NCBI GenBank assembly: GCA_963719515.1
Contig: CAVRCJ010000012.1
Span: 1-41,079 of the forward strand
Origin: an uncultured cyanobacterium
GTDB taxonomy: Bacteria > Cyanobacteriota > Cyanobacteriia > CAKZMO01
Reading direction: 5' to 3'
DNA: 41,079 bases
Below, in pieces: positions 31,157 through 40,687 of the stretch. Numbering within the stretch: the stretch's first letter is position 1; each line of letters opens with the position of its first letter. The translations under genes and the position numbers were made by a program. Below the pieces are notes generated by a model. It saw nothing but the letters and a program-made list of their open reading frames with translations, was not told where the DNA came from and did no database searches.

Positions 31157-31208
31157 TCTGGTTGTTCAACCTGGACAAATTGCCGTATTGCATGTATGTT
31201 CTATTCGA

Positions 31209-32002
31209 CTAGCGTCGCGGCCTCAGCCGCACCGGTGCGACGCTAGCGTCAGCGATCGCCCCCAATCCCTGGGCCGTGAGTATGCTGGCAAGCTCGCCGG
31301 TATAGCTGGGGTCAACGGCGGCGAGAGTGACGAGGCGGGTGAGCATATCGTGCCAGACTCCGGCTTCTGCGTAGGCCAACAGGGCGTCAGGTGTTGCCGT
31401 AGTGTCCGCAGCAGGCGCTGTTAACTCAGAGGCGGCGGCAGGCGCTATTGACTCAGAGAGAGAGTCGCCCGGACCTCCGGTTCAACCTGGCTCAAGTAGC
31501 CGTCTCCCGCCCGCAGCAGCACCCCCGACACCTCAATATCCCGACTGCGATCGCCAGGGTCACAGACGAGGGCGAGGGTCCAGCGATAGCGGATTTCGGG
31601 CGTGAGGGAAATGTCCTCTAGCGTAATGGCGGCGATCGCGGGGCCGTATTGGTAGTCTCCTGGGGCAACGGAGGGCGGTAGCTCAACGGCTGTGGTCAGT
31701 ATTTCGGCGCGGCTGCTTTCCTCAATGACCCGTAGCTCCCCCTGTTGAGCATTATTTCGAGGGACGTAGACAAAGAGCGTGGGCTGAGCCTGAAGCGTCA
31801 CGCCGACATTGGTTTCAGGAAGAACTGCCGTTAAGGGACTTCCCCCAGAGATGGCGCAGATGCTGCGGGTTGTGGCCTCCCGACTGCCCGCAGCGCTCAG
31901 CTCGGGGAGGCTAAAGCTGAGCTGGGCCACTGCGGCGCTAGAAGTGCCTAAAAAACTGAGAAGAATAGCGGTAGCGCTAAGCAGAGAAGACGGCTTGAGC
32001 AT
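31209..32002 (-). pseudogene. DUF928 domain protein, frameshifted at (AG)5, 31455-31464
   Basis: Signal peptide, PTLFVYVP, YRWTLALVC; the C-terminal YAEAGVWHDML motif follows in another frame, restored by deleting one dinucleotide unit. Confidence 0.85.
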
Positions 32003-32066
32003 AGCTGTAGAGCAGTGTTCACCTACTTGAAAGACGCTGTAGAGTCTATCACGATCTTGCGAAAAT

Positions 32067-32483
32067 TCACTCTTGAGGCTGGGGACGCTGCGTCGCAATC
32101 CCCAACTGAATATCCTCGACGGTTCGCAGCGCGTCCATGACCGCAACCACAGTGCCGTGGCTCACCTGCTCATCCGCATTGAGCACGACTAACGTCGGCG
32201 TAGACCGCGCCCCAACGACCCCTTCCACTGCCGCTGCAAGCTCCTCAAGCGGCGTTGATACTTGGTTGAGGGCGATCGCCCCCGCAGCGTCAATCGTGAC
32301 CACCACCTGGGTTTCAGTGGAAGGCTCAGCGGTACCGGCCTCCGGGAGATTGACGGGCAACCCTTCAGAGCGAGTCAGAAACAGGCTCGACACAATCAGA
32401 AACGCCAATACCGCAAAGATGACATCGATCATCGGTACGATATTGATTTGAGCTGGAACCTCAGGTTCGTCTGGAATCTTCAC
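32067..32483 (-). CDS. exbD: Biopolymer transport protein ExbD/TolR
   Basis: INIVPMIDVIF, VNLP, NAD..V.HG.VV.VMD; GTG start. Confidence 0.93.
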   Translation of the reverse strand: MKIPDEPEVPAQINIVPMIDVIFAVLAFLIVSSLFLTRSEGLPVNLPEAGTAEPSTETQVVVTIDAAGAIALNQVSTPLEELAAAVEGVVGARSTPTLVVLNADEQVSHGTVVAVMDALRTVEDIQLGIATQRPQPQE

Positions 32484-32592
32484 GGTGCTAATTGCCTATG
32501 CATTGTCTCAACAACACAATAGTAAGTCTGATTACATTTTGCTGATTTCGCCGCTACTATGTAGCTATCTTTTTGCGGGATGCTGCGCTGCG

Positions 32593-33672
32593 ATGGCTGA
32601 CAAATTCTCTGATCGCTGGTCCTCTATCAGAGTGAGCCTGCGCTGGAAGACGCTGAGAGCCCTCAAGCACATCAATGACTTTTGGAACCACAGCAGCGGC
32701 GATTGGCACTGGCTCGTAGAAAAGCCGGTGCCGATGGCAGCCATCAACCGCGACCTGTGGCGAGCGGCTGTCCCCTCTGTGAGCTTTTGCGTCCTGTCCA
32801 CGCTCTCCTGCGCTATCTCTACCTTTGGACTGCTAGCGGGCAGCACCGCCACCGTTATCGGCGCGATGATTGTCGCCCCCCTAATGGGACCGGTCATCGC
32901 CATGGCCTACGCGATCGCTGTCGCCAACCGCCGTCTATTTCGGCGCTCTGCCCTGACGGTGCTTTGCGGCATCTTGATGACGGTGTTTATCTCTTTGGTA
33001 ATCGCCAAGGTGACCGGGCTGCAGGTGATGAATCCGGAGATCTCCTCCCGCACCCAGCCGACGCTGCTCGATTTGGGCGTCGCCATGGCGGCGGGGGCGG
33101 CGGGGGCCTATGCTAACTCGCGGCGACGGATTGCCGACGCTTTGCCTGGAGTGGCGATCGCAGTGGCCCTAGTTCCGCCGCTGAGCGTGGTTGGTATTGG
33201 TTTTGCGCAGGGCGACCAGCAGACCGGTCTGGGCGCGTTTGTTCTATTTATCACAAACCTAATCGGGATTGTTTTTAGCGGCAGCTTGGTGTTCTTGCTG
33301 CAGCGCTATGGCTCCATTCAACGCGCTAAGCAGGGACTGTTTTTTGGCGTCATCATGCTGGCGTTCTTGATGCTGCCCCTCAGCCTATCGCTCCGTAACC
33401 TGCTGGTTAAGCAGACCGTCCGCAACCAGATACAAACTTCTGTGCGCGAAGAGTTTTCGGGGTCCAACGACGTTGATATCCGCTCCATTCAAATGCGCTT
33501 TAGCCGTAAGACTCTGTTTGTAGCGGTGCAGCTCACGGCTCCGGAAGGATTTGTGTCAGAAGAAGAGGTAGGATCACTGCGGGACTTGCTGTCCGAGAAG
33601 GTCAGTCGCTCTGTTGACCTCAGGGTCCAGGTCACGCCTGTAGAAGTGTTTGATCTACCTAGCTCGCTCTAA
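32593..33672 (+). CDS. DUF389 family membrane protein
   Basis: VIGAMIVAPLMGP, SRTQPTLLDL, LPGVAIAVALVPPL; start uncertain. Confidence 0.9.
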   Translation: MADKFSDRWSSIRVSLRWKTLRALKHINDFWNHSSGDWHWLVEKPVPMAAINRDLWRAAVPSVSFCVLSTLSCAISTFGLLAGSTATVIGAMIVAPLMGPVIAMAYAIAVANRRLFRRSALTVLCGILMTVFISLVIAKVTGLQVMNPEISSRTQPTLLDLGVAMAAGAAGAYANSRRRIADALPGVAIAVALVPPLSVVGIGFAQGDQQTGLGAFVLFITNLIGIVFSGSLVFLLQRYGSIQRAKQGLFFGVIMLAFLMLPLSLSLRNLLVKQTVRNQIQTSVREEFSGSNDVDIRSIQMRFSRKTLFVAVQLTAPEGFVSEEEVGSLRDLLSEKVSRSVDLRVQVTPVEVFDLPSSL

Positions 33673-33711
33673 TGCCGATACGGCCAGTACTCATGCCAGT
33701 AGCTACAAACT

Positions 33712-34365
33712 ATGGAACCGGTAGTTAACCTCTTTTCGTCCGGCGGTGCGGTGATGGTGCCTCTGCTGCTGCTCTCGGTTGCCGCCATCACCTTTATTTT
33801 GGAGCGGCTCTTGTTTTGGAGCACCATCGTCCGCCATCAGCCGGCTCTACTGCGCAACGTGCTCTACGCCTTTCAGACCGATCCCGGCGAGGCTTTGACC
33901 CTGCTCAAGCAGCATGCCCATCTGCCCGTGGCCCGCATCCTGCTCGCCCCCTTGGAGATGCCTCAAAATATTTCGGCGCGGCTCTCCCCCGCTGGGTTTC
34001 GGCTAGCGCTGGAGAGCGCCACCCAGCGAGAGCTGCCGCTGCTCAGACGCTTTAATACCCTGTTTGACATTGTGATCAGCGTTTCGCCCCTCCTGGGCCT
34101 GCTGGGTACAGTATCGGGGTTGATCCAGTCGTTTTCGTCACTTCAGCTAGGAAGCCCTAACGCCAGCGACGCCTCGGGCATTGCGGCAGGCATCAGCGAG
34201 GCCTTGGTGTCGACGGTCGTAGGGATGGCGATCGCCATCATCACTTTGGTATTTGCCAATATCTTTCGGGGACTGTATCGGCGTCAGGTAGCGATGATTC
34301 AGGAGTATGGCAGCCAGCTTGAGCTTTTGTATCTTTGCCGCTTCCAGAAGAAGACTAGCAAGTAG
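33712..34365 (+). CDS. exbB: MotA/TolQ/ExbB proton channel protein
   Basis: SPLLGLLGTVSG and GISEALVST. Confidence 0.92.
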   Translation: MEPVVNLFSSGGAVMVPLLLLSVAAITFILERLLFWSTIVRHQPALLRNVLYAFQTDPGEALTLLKQHAHLPVARILLAPLEMPQNISARLSPAGFRLALESATQRELPLLRRFNTLFDIVISVSPLLGLLGTVSGLIQSFSSLQLGSPNASDASGIAAGISEALVSTVVGMAIAIITLVFANIFRGLYRRQVAMIQEYGSQLELLYLCRFQKKTSK

Positions 34366-34450
34366 GCCGCTACGGGCCAGCGCGGAGCACTTTAATAAAG
34401 CAAGGTGATCCGAGGGCAATTCGTCAGCCCACTGGCCACTCGCCTTCAGG

Positions 34451-35026
34451 TCAAGCCAATATCCAATCCACCGCCGCCGCCAAGTCGGCAGCCACGTGGT
34501 CCGGTTGGGTTTGATGCTGGTACCGCCCAGACAAAACGCGATCGCCATACCCCGTAGTCACCAGGACGCCACGACAGCCTGCGTTGTGGGCCAGGTCAAT
34601 ATCTGTGGCCTTGTCCCCCACCATGACGCTATGGGCAATATCCAAATCATGATCCCAAGCGGCAGCGACCAGCATGCCTGGGTTAGGCTTACGCCAGGTC
34701 GACCAAAGGGCAAATTCAGGGTCTGCCCCCCCCTCGCTGGGGCTGAGGTAGGGGCAGTAATAAAGGGCATCTAGGTGAGCCTTTGCCTCTGCCTGCAGGA
34801 GGCTGGTGAGGCGGTCGTGCAGCGCCTCTACATGTTGAACAGGATAGTAGCCTCGGGCAGGACCAGACTGATTGGATACCAGACAGCAAAACCAGCCCGC
34901 TAGGTTCAGCCGCCGCACCGCCTGGGCAGCTCCGGGAATGAGTCGTAGATCTGTGACTTGGCGGATATAGCCCGCTTCGACATTGAGAACACCATCGCGA
35001 TCAAGAAATACGGCAGGTTGGGGCAT
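34451..35026 (-). CDS. gmhB: HAD-IIIA phosphatase, GmhB-like
   Basis: FLDRDGVLN, SNQSG, RKPNPGM, VGDKATD. Confidence 0.85.
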   Translation of the reverse strand: MPQPAVFLDRDGVLNVEAGYIRQVTDLRLIPGAAQAVRRLNLAGWFCCLVSNQSGPARGYYPVQHVEALHDRLTSLLQAEAKAHLDALYYCPYLSPSEGGADPEFALWSTWRKPNPGMLVAAAWDHDLDIAHSVMVGDKATDIDLAHNAGCRGVLVTTGYGDRVLSGRYQHQTQPDHVAADLAAAVDWILA

Positions 35027-35106
35027 TGTGATACGCCAATCAAAATGGAGTCACACCGCTAGTATCATAGCCGCCTGCCGCATTCACGTCCTAACTTAGA
35101 CAGAGA

Positions 35107-35361
35107 CTATGCATCGTCGTTGGGCAAATATCTCAGCTCAGAGCAGGAGACGGTCTCCGTCAAACTCTCCTCTCCGCCATGCACGCTGTAAATGCTCGCC
35201 GTCTCGCCCGCAACTGCGCTAAATAGCAGCTGCTCTCCCGGGGAAATCTTTTGCTCAACGGTGTGCTTGCCTTGCCGAACGACACGAAGAACCGCAACCT
35301 CGCTAGACATGTTTTGATAACAGCACAAGAAGTAGCGAACCTTCTCATCGTTAAGGGTCAT
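35107..35361 (-). CDS. DUF1830-like protein
   Basis: LCCYQN..S...LRV...E..I.PGEQLLF.A...CSEL pattern; start MTLNDEK. Confidence 0.7.
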   Translation of the reverse strand: MTLNDEKVRYFLCCYQNMSSEVAVLRVVRQGKHTVEQKISPGEQLLFSAVAGETASIYSVHGGEESLTETVSCSELRYLPNDDA

Positions 35362-35465
35362 ATGGGAATAAACCACCTTTATAAACCTAATATTGTTAAT
35401 GTTTAACAGTTTAGGAAAAAAGGCTGGTTTGGTCTGTACGGTATTGGACGTAAGCGGCACTTGCC

Positions 35466-36218
35466 TCAGGCGGCGGGTTTGGCGTCACGGCTACCGGGTA
35501 GCCGAGAGAACTCTTGCTGAATCTGGTAGTAGCACTCGCAGGTTTCTTTCTCAAGGCGAGCGCGATCAAGAATCGTGATCTTACCACGGCGGTAGTGGAT
35601 AATTTTGTCGCGCTGCAGGGCCTGAGCCGCCACCGTCACGCCGGATCGCCGACTACCCAACATCTCAGCAATAAATTCCTGCGTGAGCGGCAGCTGTTCA
35701 GAACCGATGTTGGCGTTGACGTGAAGTAGCCACCGGGCGAGACGCTGCTCGATACGGTGGTGGCGATTGCAGGCGGCAAGCTGAGACACATACATGAACA
35801 TGACGCTGGTGTAAGAGAGCAGCATCTGCTGTAGTTTCCCGCCCCGCTTAAGTACGTCCTGTAGAGCGTTAGTGCTGATCTGTATACCGCCGTTGGGAAC
35901 CTGAACGATGGCTCGGTTAGAGGCTCTAGGATGACCTAAGATAACGGGTATACCCACCATTCCTTCGTTGCCAATCAGTCCAATTTCCGTCGTAGCACCG
36001 TTTTCCATCAGCGACACGATAGACACCATCGCCCGCTCAGGAAAATAAACTTGTTCAATCAGGTCACCGGGTTCGTAGAGAATCTTGCCGCGAGGCAAAT
36101 CGACCTGCTTAAGGTAGGGTTCGAGCGCCTGGTATTCTTCGTCAGGCAGCGCATTCAGCAGCCGGTTGTAGGTCCGCCTTTTAACCTTGAAGCCTGGATC
36201 ATGATTTGTCTGAACCAT
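35466..36218 (-). CDS. Crp/Fnr family transcriptional regulator
   Basis: cNMP-binding-like domain (IGNEGMVG), EQRLARWLL, HTH LTQEFIAEMLGSRRSGVT. Confidence 0.95.
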   Translation of the reverse strand: MVQTNHDPGFKVKRRTYNRLLNALPDEEYQALEPYLKQVDLPRGKILYEPGDLIEQVYFPERAMVSIVSLMENGATTEIGLIGNEGMVGIPVILGHPRASNRAIVQVPNGGIQISTNALQDVLKRGGKLQQMLLSYTSVMFMYVSQLAACNRHHRIEQRLARWLLHVNANIGSEQLPLTQEFIAEMLGSRRSGVTVAAQALQRDKIIHYRRGKITILDRARLEKETCECYYQIQQEFSRLPGSRDAKPAA

Positions 36219-36315
36219 AGCAAAATCGGCACTTTAGAACGACCTAACTGGTTGAACTATATCACAGGGCTGAGGTCTCCTTAGGGAAAATCATTATGAT
36301 GTGACACAACGTTGT

Positions 36316-36951
36316 CTATTGGCGAGATCGCCTGTTGAAGCAAAAGCGATACACCGGGTCGCGGCGCTCCAGCGTCATCGTTTCTCGCTCTGTCAAAACG
36401 GGAAACGGGCTATCGGCGGGATGCTCTAGCGGCACAAAATCGGGATGCTCGCTGAAGCGATCGCTCATCTCCAGCGCTACAGCCTCAATATCAGACTGCA
36501 GAAATACGAGGCCTCCCGGCGCTAGGTGGGATGCGATCGCCGCTACGAGCACGGGCTGAACCACCCGGCGCTTTTGGTGCCGCTTTTTGAACCAAGGGTC
36601 GGGGAACTGAATCGTCACCTGGTCTAAGACACCCTCAGGCAACGACGCCAGCAGCGGCGACAGGGACGGGGTAACGTTGCAAAACATAAAGTGCAGATTG
36701 GATAAGCCCAGCTGCTGCTGCTTGCGCAGCGCGCCGTCCACCAGCGCTGCCCTAATTTCCAAGCCCAGAAAATTACGGCGGGGCTGCTGCTGCGCCATTC
36801 CCAGCAAAAAGGTGCCTTTGGCGGAGCCAATATCGAGGAGCAGCGGCTGGGCCGGGTCGGCATACACTTCGTCCCAGTTGGGAAGTACCGCAGGCGCACT
36901 ATAGCGATCGCTGAGGGGGTTGACATGTTGCCGGACGCGGGGGAGGGCCAA
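36316..36951 (-). CDS. trmB: tRNA (guanine-N7) methyltransferase
   Basis: RVRQHVNP, GLEIR, QFPDPWFKKRHQKRR, TERE. Confidence 0.97.
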   Translation of the reverse strand: MALPRVRQHVNPLSDRYSAPAVLPNWDEVYADPAQPLLLDIGSAKGTFLLGMAQQQPRRNFLGLEIRAALVDGALRKQQQLGLSNLHFMFCNVTPSLSPLLASLPEGVLDQVTIQFPDPWFKKRHQKRRVVQPVLVAAIASHLAPGGLVFLQSDIEAVALEMSDRFSEHPDFVPLEHPADSPFPVLTERETMTLERRDPVYRFCFNRRSRQ

Positions 36952-37115
36952 CGGATATCTCCTTCGAGAAATAACGTCCTACTAGCGTAGCGGATTACTG
37001 GCGTGCAGCCTGACACCGGGCGATTGACAAGGGCACTGGCCAGGCCAGCCGGACAGCGCAATTTAACTGCACTTCTGCTAAAGCGAGAGCAGTTAAATTG
37101 CCGTCAACGCCAGCG

Positions 37116-38024
37116 TTAGGAAATCGGCGAGCCCCCCGTGACGCCAATGATCTCCCCTGTGACAAAGCCCGACTCCTGCGTCGCCAGGAACACAAAGGTC
37201 GACGCAATCTCTGCAGGTTGACCGGGGCGGCCCATGGGAAAAGAGCTGCCAAACTCCTCCAAATTATCCTGAGTTTGCCCCCCTGACGACTGGAGCGGCG
37301 TCCAGAACGGGCCAGGGGCGACAGCGTTGACGCGGATCCCCTGCTCGAGCGCCTGCTTGGCTAGTGCCTGGGTGAAGCCGCGGATGAAGAACTTGGTTGA
37401 CGAGTAGTCGAGCAATGCGGCTATTGGATTGTAGCCAACGACTGAGGTGACGTTGATGATGCTGGCTCCCGGTGGCATCAGCGGCAGCGCCGCTTTAGAG
37501 AGCCAGAACATGGCGTAGCAGTTGGTCTTCAACGTCTGGTCAAACTGCTCAGTGGTGATGTCTTGAATGGACTGCTGCATCACCTGCTTACCGGCGTTGA
37601 TTACTACAACGTCAAGTCCCCCCAGCTGCTCGGCGGCATTTTTGACTAGGGAAACGCAGAAGCTCTCCTCCATCAAGTTTCCAGGCATCGGGATGATGGT
37701 GCCGCCTTCGCTCTTCGCCAGGTCTAGCAGCGATTGCACATCGCTTTGCTCCTCCTCCAGGTAGTTAATGGCAACGCTGGCCCCTTCACGCATATAGGCG
37801 ATCGCCACGGCCCGGCCAATGCCAGAGTCCCCGCCTGTAATCAGCGCCTTGCGGCCCTTCATGCGGCCAAATCCCTGGTAGCTCTTTTCCCCATGATCAG
37901 GCTCGGGGTCCATCCTGGCAGCAAGGCCTGGCGCGTTCTGTGGCTGGCGCGGAAAGGGAGGCTGCGGGTACGCGCTACGAGGGTCAAGAATGTCGTATTG
38001 ATTGCTGATTTTTGCTGTGGCCAT
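37116..38024 (-). CDS. SDR oxidoreductase (YghA/YhdF-like)
   Basis: PDHGEKSY.G.G, TGGDSGIG, YSSTK, VAPGPFWTPL. Confidence 0.93.
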   Translation of the reverse strand: MATAKISNQYDILDPRSAYPQPPFPRQPQNAPGLAARMDPEPDHGEKSYQGFGRMKGRKALITGGDSGIGRAVAIAYMREGASVAINYLEEEQSDVQSLLDLAKSEGGTIIPMPGNLMEESFCVSLVKNAAEQLGGLDVVVINAGKQVMQQSIQDITTEQFDQTLKTNCYAMFWLSKAALPLMPPGASIINVTSVVGYNPIAALLDYSSTKFFIRGFTQALAKQALEQGIRVNAVAPGPFWTPLQSSGGQTQDNLEEFGSSFPMGRPGQPAEIASTFVFLATQESGFVTGEIIGVTGGSPIS

Positions 38025-38173
38025 AATTTTTGCTAGGTGTAGTGAGAACTATGAAGAAGTGTCTAGAGCTCTTTTCGAGTTCGCTCTTACCTATGGTGTG
38101 CCTTTGTCCGAGTTTTGAAATTGTTCAAAGGGCATAAGTCAGTCAACAGCGATAAATATCAGTAATTCTCAAT

Positions 38174-39040
38174 TTGGCGGATGACAAGGAATTGACCGTA
38201 GGGCTGCGCTTTCCGGCCCGACGCGACTATTTGCGCCAGGCCGGAGCCTATGCTTCGCGTTTGCGCAGCATCTCTAGTCGAAGGCATCGCGGCACGGTCA
38301 GGTTGAAAACTGCCAAGGTAGGAACTGCTGGCATAATCAGTCTTGTCGATTTTGTTCCGGTAAGCTTAGAGGATAGCGGAAGCTTAGCGCTGCGATGGCG
38401 AGATACGACCGGCAGCTACAGTTCTCTGTTTATTTCTGATGCCTGGCGCTTTTTTGAGCTAGATGCAGTTACCTTTGAAGACATCAATAGCGATGGCTTG
38501 GGTCCCGGTGTGGTTGCGATCGCTCAATATACTACAGGCGCTGGCCCAACGGGCGGACAGCCTTTCCCGTACCCCACTGTACTTCTCAACGACGGCAGCG
38601 ATAACGTCTATAGAGAGCCGTCCATCGAAGAATTGCTAAGCGATAGTGCTGCTACGATTGGTGACGTACGCGCAATCCTCGGCAACTCCGGTTCCGCCCA
38701 GGCTAGCCCAGGTTCAGCAGGCTCGGTGCAGTACTGCTTCCGGAACGAATATGGTACCGGGAGCGATAAGGACGTGGAAGAGCTGATAGTTAACGTTGCA
38801 GGATCTCAGGCAACGGGCGAGTATAATTGGCTTCCCGTCTTCAAAGATCGCCGCCTTGGCACGTTTGAAGGAACTTTCGCCAACGATACTATCGATGCGA
38901 GGTATACCTATCAACAAGAAGGAATGCAGAACTCGGCGCAAATCTCTATTCTTATAGGCGACAATCAGGCAGTCGTTACGGGCGACGAGCCAGCGCTAGG
39001 GCTAAGTGCAGCTTTGGCACAAGCTGGATGCCCAGAATAG
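38174..39040 (+). CDS. Hypothetical protein, start uncertain or N-terminus degraded
   Basis: 288-codon ORF; C-terminal part looks like an extracellular beta-rich protein (FEDINSDG, two Cys); no clear signal peptide. Confidence 0.55.
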   Translation: MADDKELTVGLRFPARRDYLRQAGAYASRLRSISSRRHRGTVRLKTAKVGTAGIISLVDFVPVSLEDSGSLALRWRDTTGSYSSLFISDAWRFFELDAVTFEDINSDGLGPGVVAIAQYTTGAGPTGGQPFPYPTVLLNDGSDNVYREPSIEELLSDSAATIGDVRAILGNSGSAQASPGSAGSVQYCFRNEYGTGSDKDVEELIVNVAGSQATGEYNWLPVFKDRRLGTFEGTFANDTIDARYTYQQEGMQNSAQISILIGDNQAVVTGDEPALGLSAALAQAGCPE

Positions 39041-39208
39041 CAGCTCAGAATATGCCACTTCCATCGCCGCTCAAGCAGCGGTATATGCTCTCAAAAGCGC
39101 GCTCATGCTCGGGAGGACGTAGCCTTATCTTGGAAAAGCGCGAGCTGAAAAATCTAGGCTTCGAGAGATTTTAAGGAAATTTAGCTACTAGACAGGAAGC
39201 CCCGCGCT

Positions 39209-39391
39209 CTACCCGTCAGGGTGAGCGTCGGGATGAGAGTCGCGGTCGTCGATGGGGCTCAATGCCCCGGAGACGGCCAAACTTCGGATGTACTCCTTAA
39301 GGACATCGTTGATAGTTCTTTCGGTCATCTCACAATACTTGTCAAGATGCTGCTTTTCTCTGTCAGCGGCTCTAATAGTTATTTGCTGCAT
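39209..39391 (-). CDS. Small ribbon-helix-helix (CopG-like) protein, 60 aa
   Basis: QITIRA strand, helix DREKQHLDKYCE, helix TINDVLKEYIRSL. Confidence 0.8.
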   Translation of the reverse strand: MQQITIRAADREKQHLDKYCEMTERTINDVLKEYIRSLAVSGALSPIDDRDSHPDAHPDG

Positions 39392-39424
39392 GTCGTTCTG
39401 ATGTCAATATGCTATCATTATTGC

Positions 39425-40621
39425 ATGAAAGTCACCCATCAGTACAAGTTGCGTCCAGCGGCTGAGCAAACGGTTACCATGACCCGATGGCTAGATATGC
39501 TTCGGGCACAGTACAACTGGTTGCTGGCTGAGCGATTCGACTGGTGGGAGATGAACCGCTGTTCGGTCAACGCCTGCCCACTCACCTGTAGCCTTGCGCC
39601 ACTCAAAGATAATCCTAATTACTACAGCCAGAAGGCTAGCCTAGTACCTCTCAAGCGAGAGCGACCCTGGTACAAGGATTTGCACTCACAAGCGCTTCAG
39701 GAGGTGACGAAGCAGGTAAAGCAGACGTTCGAGCGTTTCATCAAAGGTGATAGGAATGGTAAGCGTAGCGGCAAGCCTCGGTTCAAAGGCGCGGGGCGCT
39801 ACAGGACGTTCACGTTCCCGCAGATAAAACCTGACTGCATCGATGGAAGTCGTATTACCCTGCCTAAGATTGGCCAGGTGAAGCTAATCCTTCATCGCCC
39901 GATACCTGATGGGTTTACTGTCAAAACGGCCAAGGTGACTCGCAAAGCAGATGGTTGGTATGTGAGCCTGTTACTGGAAAACAATGCCGTTCCGATGCTT
40001 ACTCCGGATGTCGATAGGGCTAAGTCTGTCGGTGTTGACGTTGGGCTGAAGGATTTCTTGGTTACCAGTGACGGTGAGAGCGTTCCTATCCCTCAGTTCT
40101 TTCGACGCTCAGAGCGGCAGCTATCCAAGCTGCAGCGGCAGCTATCGAGACAGAAGAAGGGCTCTAACCGCTGGCGTAAGCAGGTGAATCGCATCGCCAA
40201 ACTGCATCTGAAGATATCGCGTCAGCGTCGTGATTTCTTTTCTAAGGTGTGGGATTGGCTGTTCTCAAAGTACGATGTTGTCGCTCATGAAAAGCTCAAC
40301 ATCAAAGGACTTGCTCGAACCAGACTGGCAAAGTCAATCGCTGATGCCGCATGGGGTACATTCTTGGAGATAGGCTCTTTCAAAGCCGCGAAAGCTGGAA
40401 AGATGACCATCGCTGAGAACCCACGCGGAACCAGCATTGATTGCTCGGGTTGTGGTGAGCGGGTACCAAAGACGCTGGCCGATCGGGTCCATAGTTGCCC
40501 GTCATGCGGCTTAACGATCTGTCGCGACCACAACGCGGCTATCAACCTATTGAATAGGGCTGTGGGACATCAAGCCCTTAATCTCTCAGGAAATGTCTCA
40601 GCAGTAACTGGGAGTCACTGA
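39425..40621 (+). CDS. tnpB: RNA-guided endonuclease TnpB (398 aa)
   Basis: MKVTHQYKLRP start, RuvC-I GVDVGLK, RuvC-II HEKLN, zinc finger CSGC..CPSC, RuvC-III RDHNAAINL. Confidence 0.95.
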   Translation: MKVTHQYKLRPAAEQTVTMTRWLDMLRAQYNWLLAERFDWWEMNRCSVNACPLTCSLAPLKDNPNYYSQKASLVPLKRERPWYKDLHSQALQEVTKQVKQTFERFIKGDRNGKRSGKPRFKGAGRYRTFTFPQIKPDCIDGSRITLPKIGQVKLILHRPIPDGFTVKTAKVTRKADGWYVSLLLENNAVPMLTPDVDRAKSVGVDVGLKDFLVTSDGESVPIPQFFRRSERQLSKLQRQLSRQKKGSNRWRKQVNRIAKLHLKISRQRRDFFSKVWDWLFSKYDVVAHEKLNIKGLARTRLAKSIADAAWGTFLEIGSFKAAKAGKMTIAENPRGTSIDCSGCGERVPKTLADRVHSCPSCGLTICRDHNAAINLLNRAVGHQALNLSGNVSAVTGSH

Positions 40622-40687
40622 GGAAGCCCGCGCTGTATGCGTAGCATCAGCGTCGGGAGGATGTCACTCGATCCGGTTATAGAGCAA
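40520..40687 (+). ncRNA. Predicted TnpB omega/reRNA (scaffold + flank-derived guide)
   Basis: Inferred; guide about TCGATCCGGTTATAGAGCAA (40668-40687); 5' boundary is a guess. Confidence 0.5.

Larger units (their letters stand above)
574..38523. repeat. HIP1 octamer GCGATCGC dispersed throughout
   Basis: Dozens of copies seen by eye (e.g. 6464, 6492, 19850, 28511); cyanobacterial hallmark. Confidence 0.95.
39185..40667 (+). mobile_element. Non-autonomous IS200/IS605-family element (tnpB + divergent RHH ORF, no tnpA)
   Basis: Related end hairpins CCCGCGCT..AGCGTCGGG at 39201-39232 and 40627-40656; RE guide GAAG with end TCAC (40664-40667); LE guide AAGC predicts target TTAG (39181-39184). 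Confidence 0.85.

Noticed and set aside
19843..40621. Either TnpB being a nuclease-dead TldR-type repressor or a Cas12f
   Set aside because: Both retain all three RuvC acidic residues, sit within IS ends, and no CRISPR array or cas gene is present
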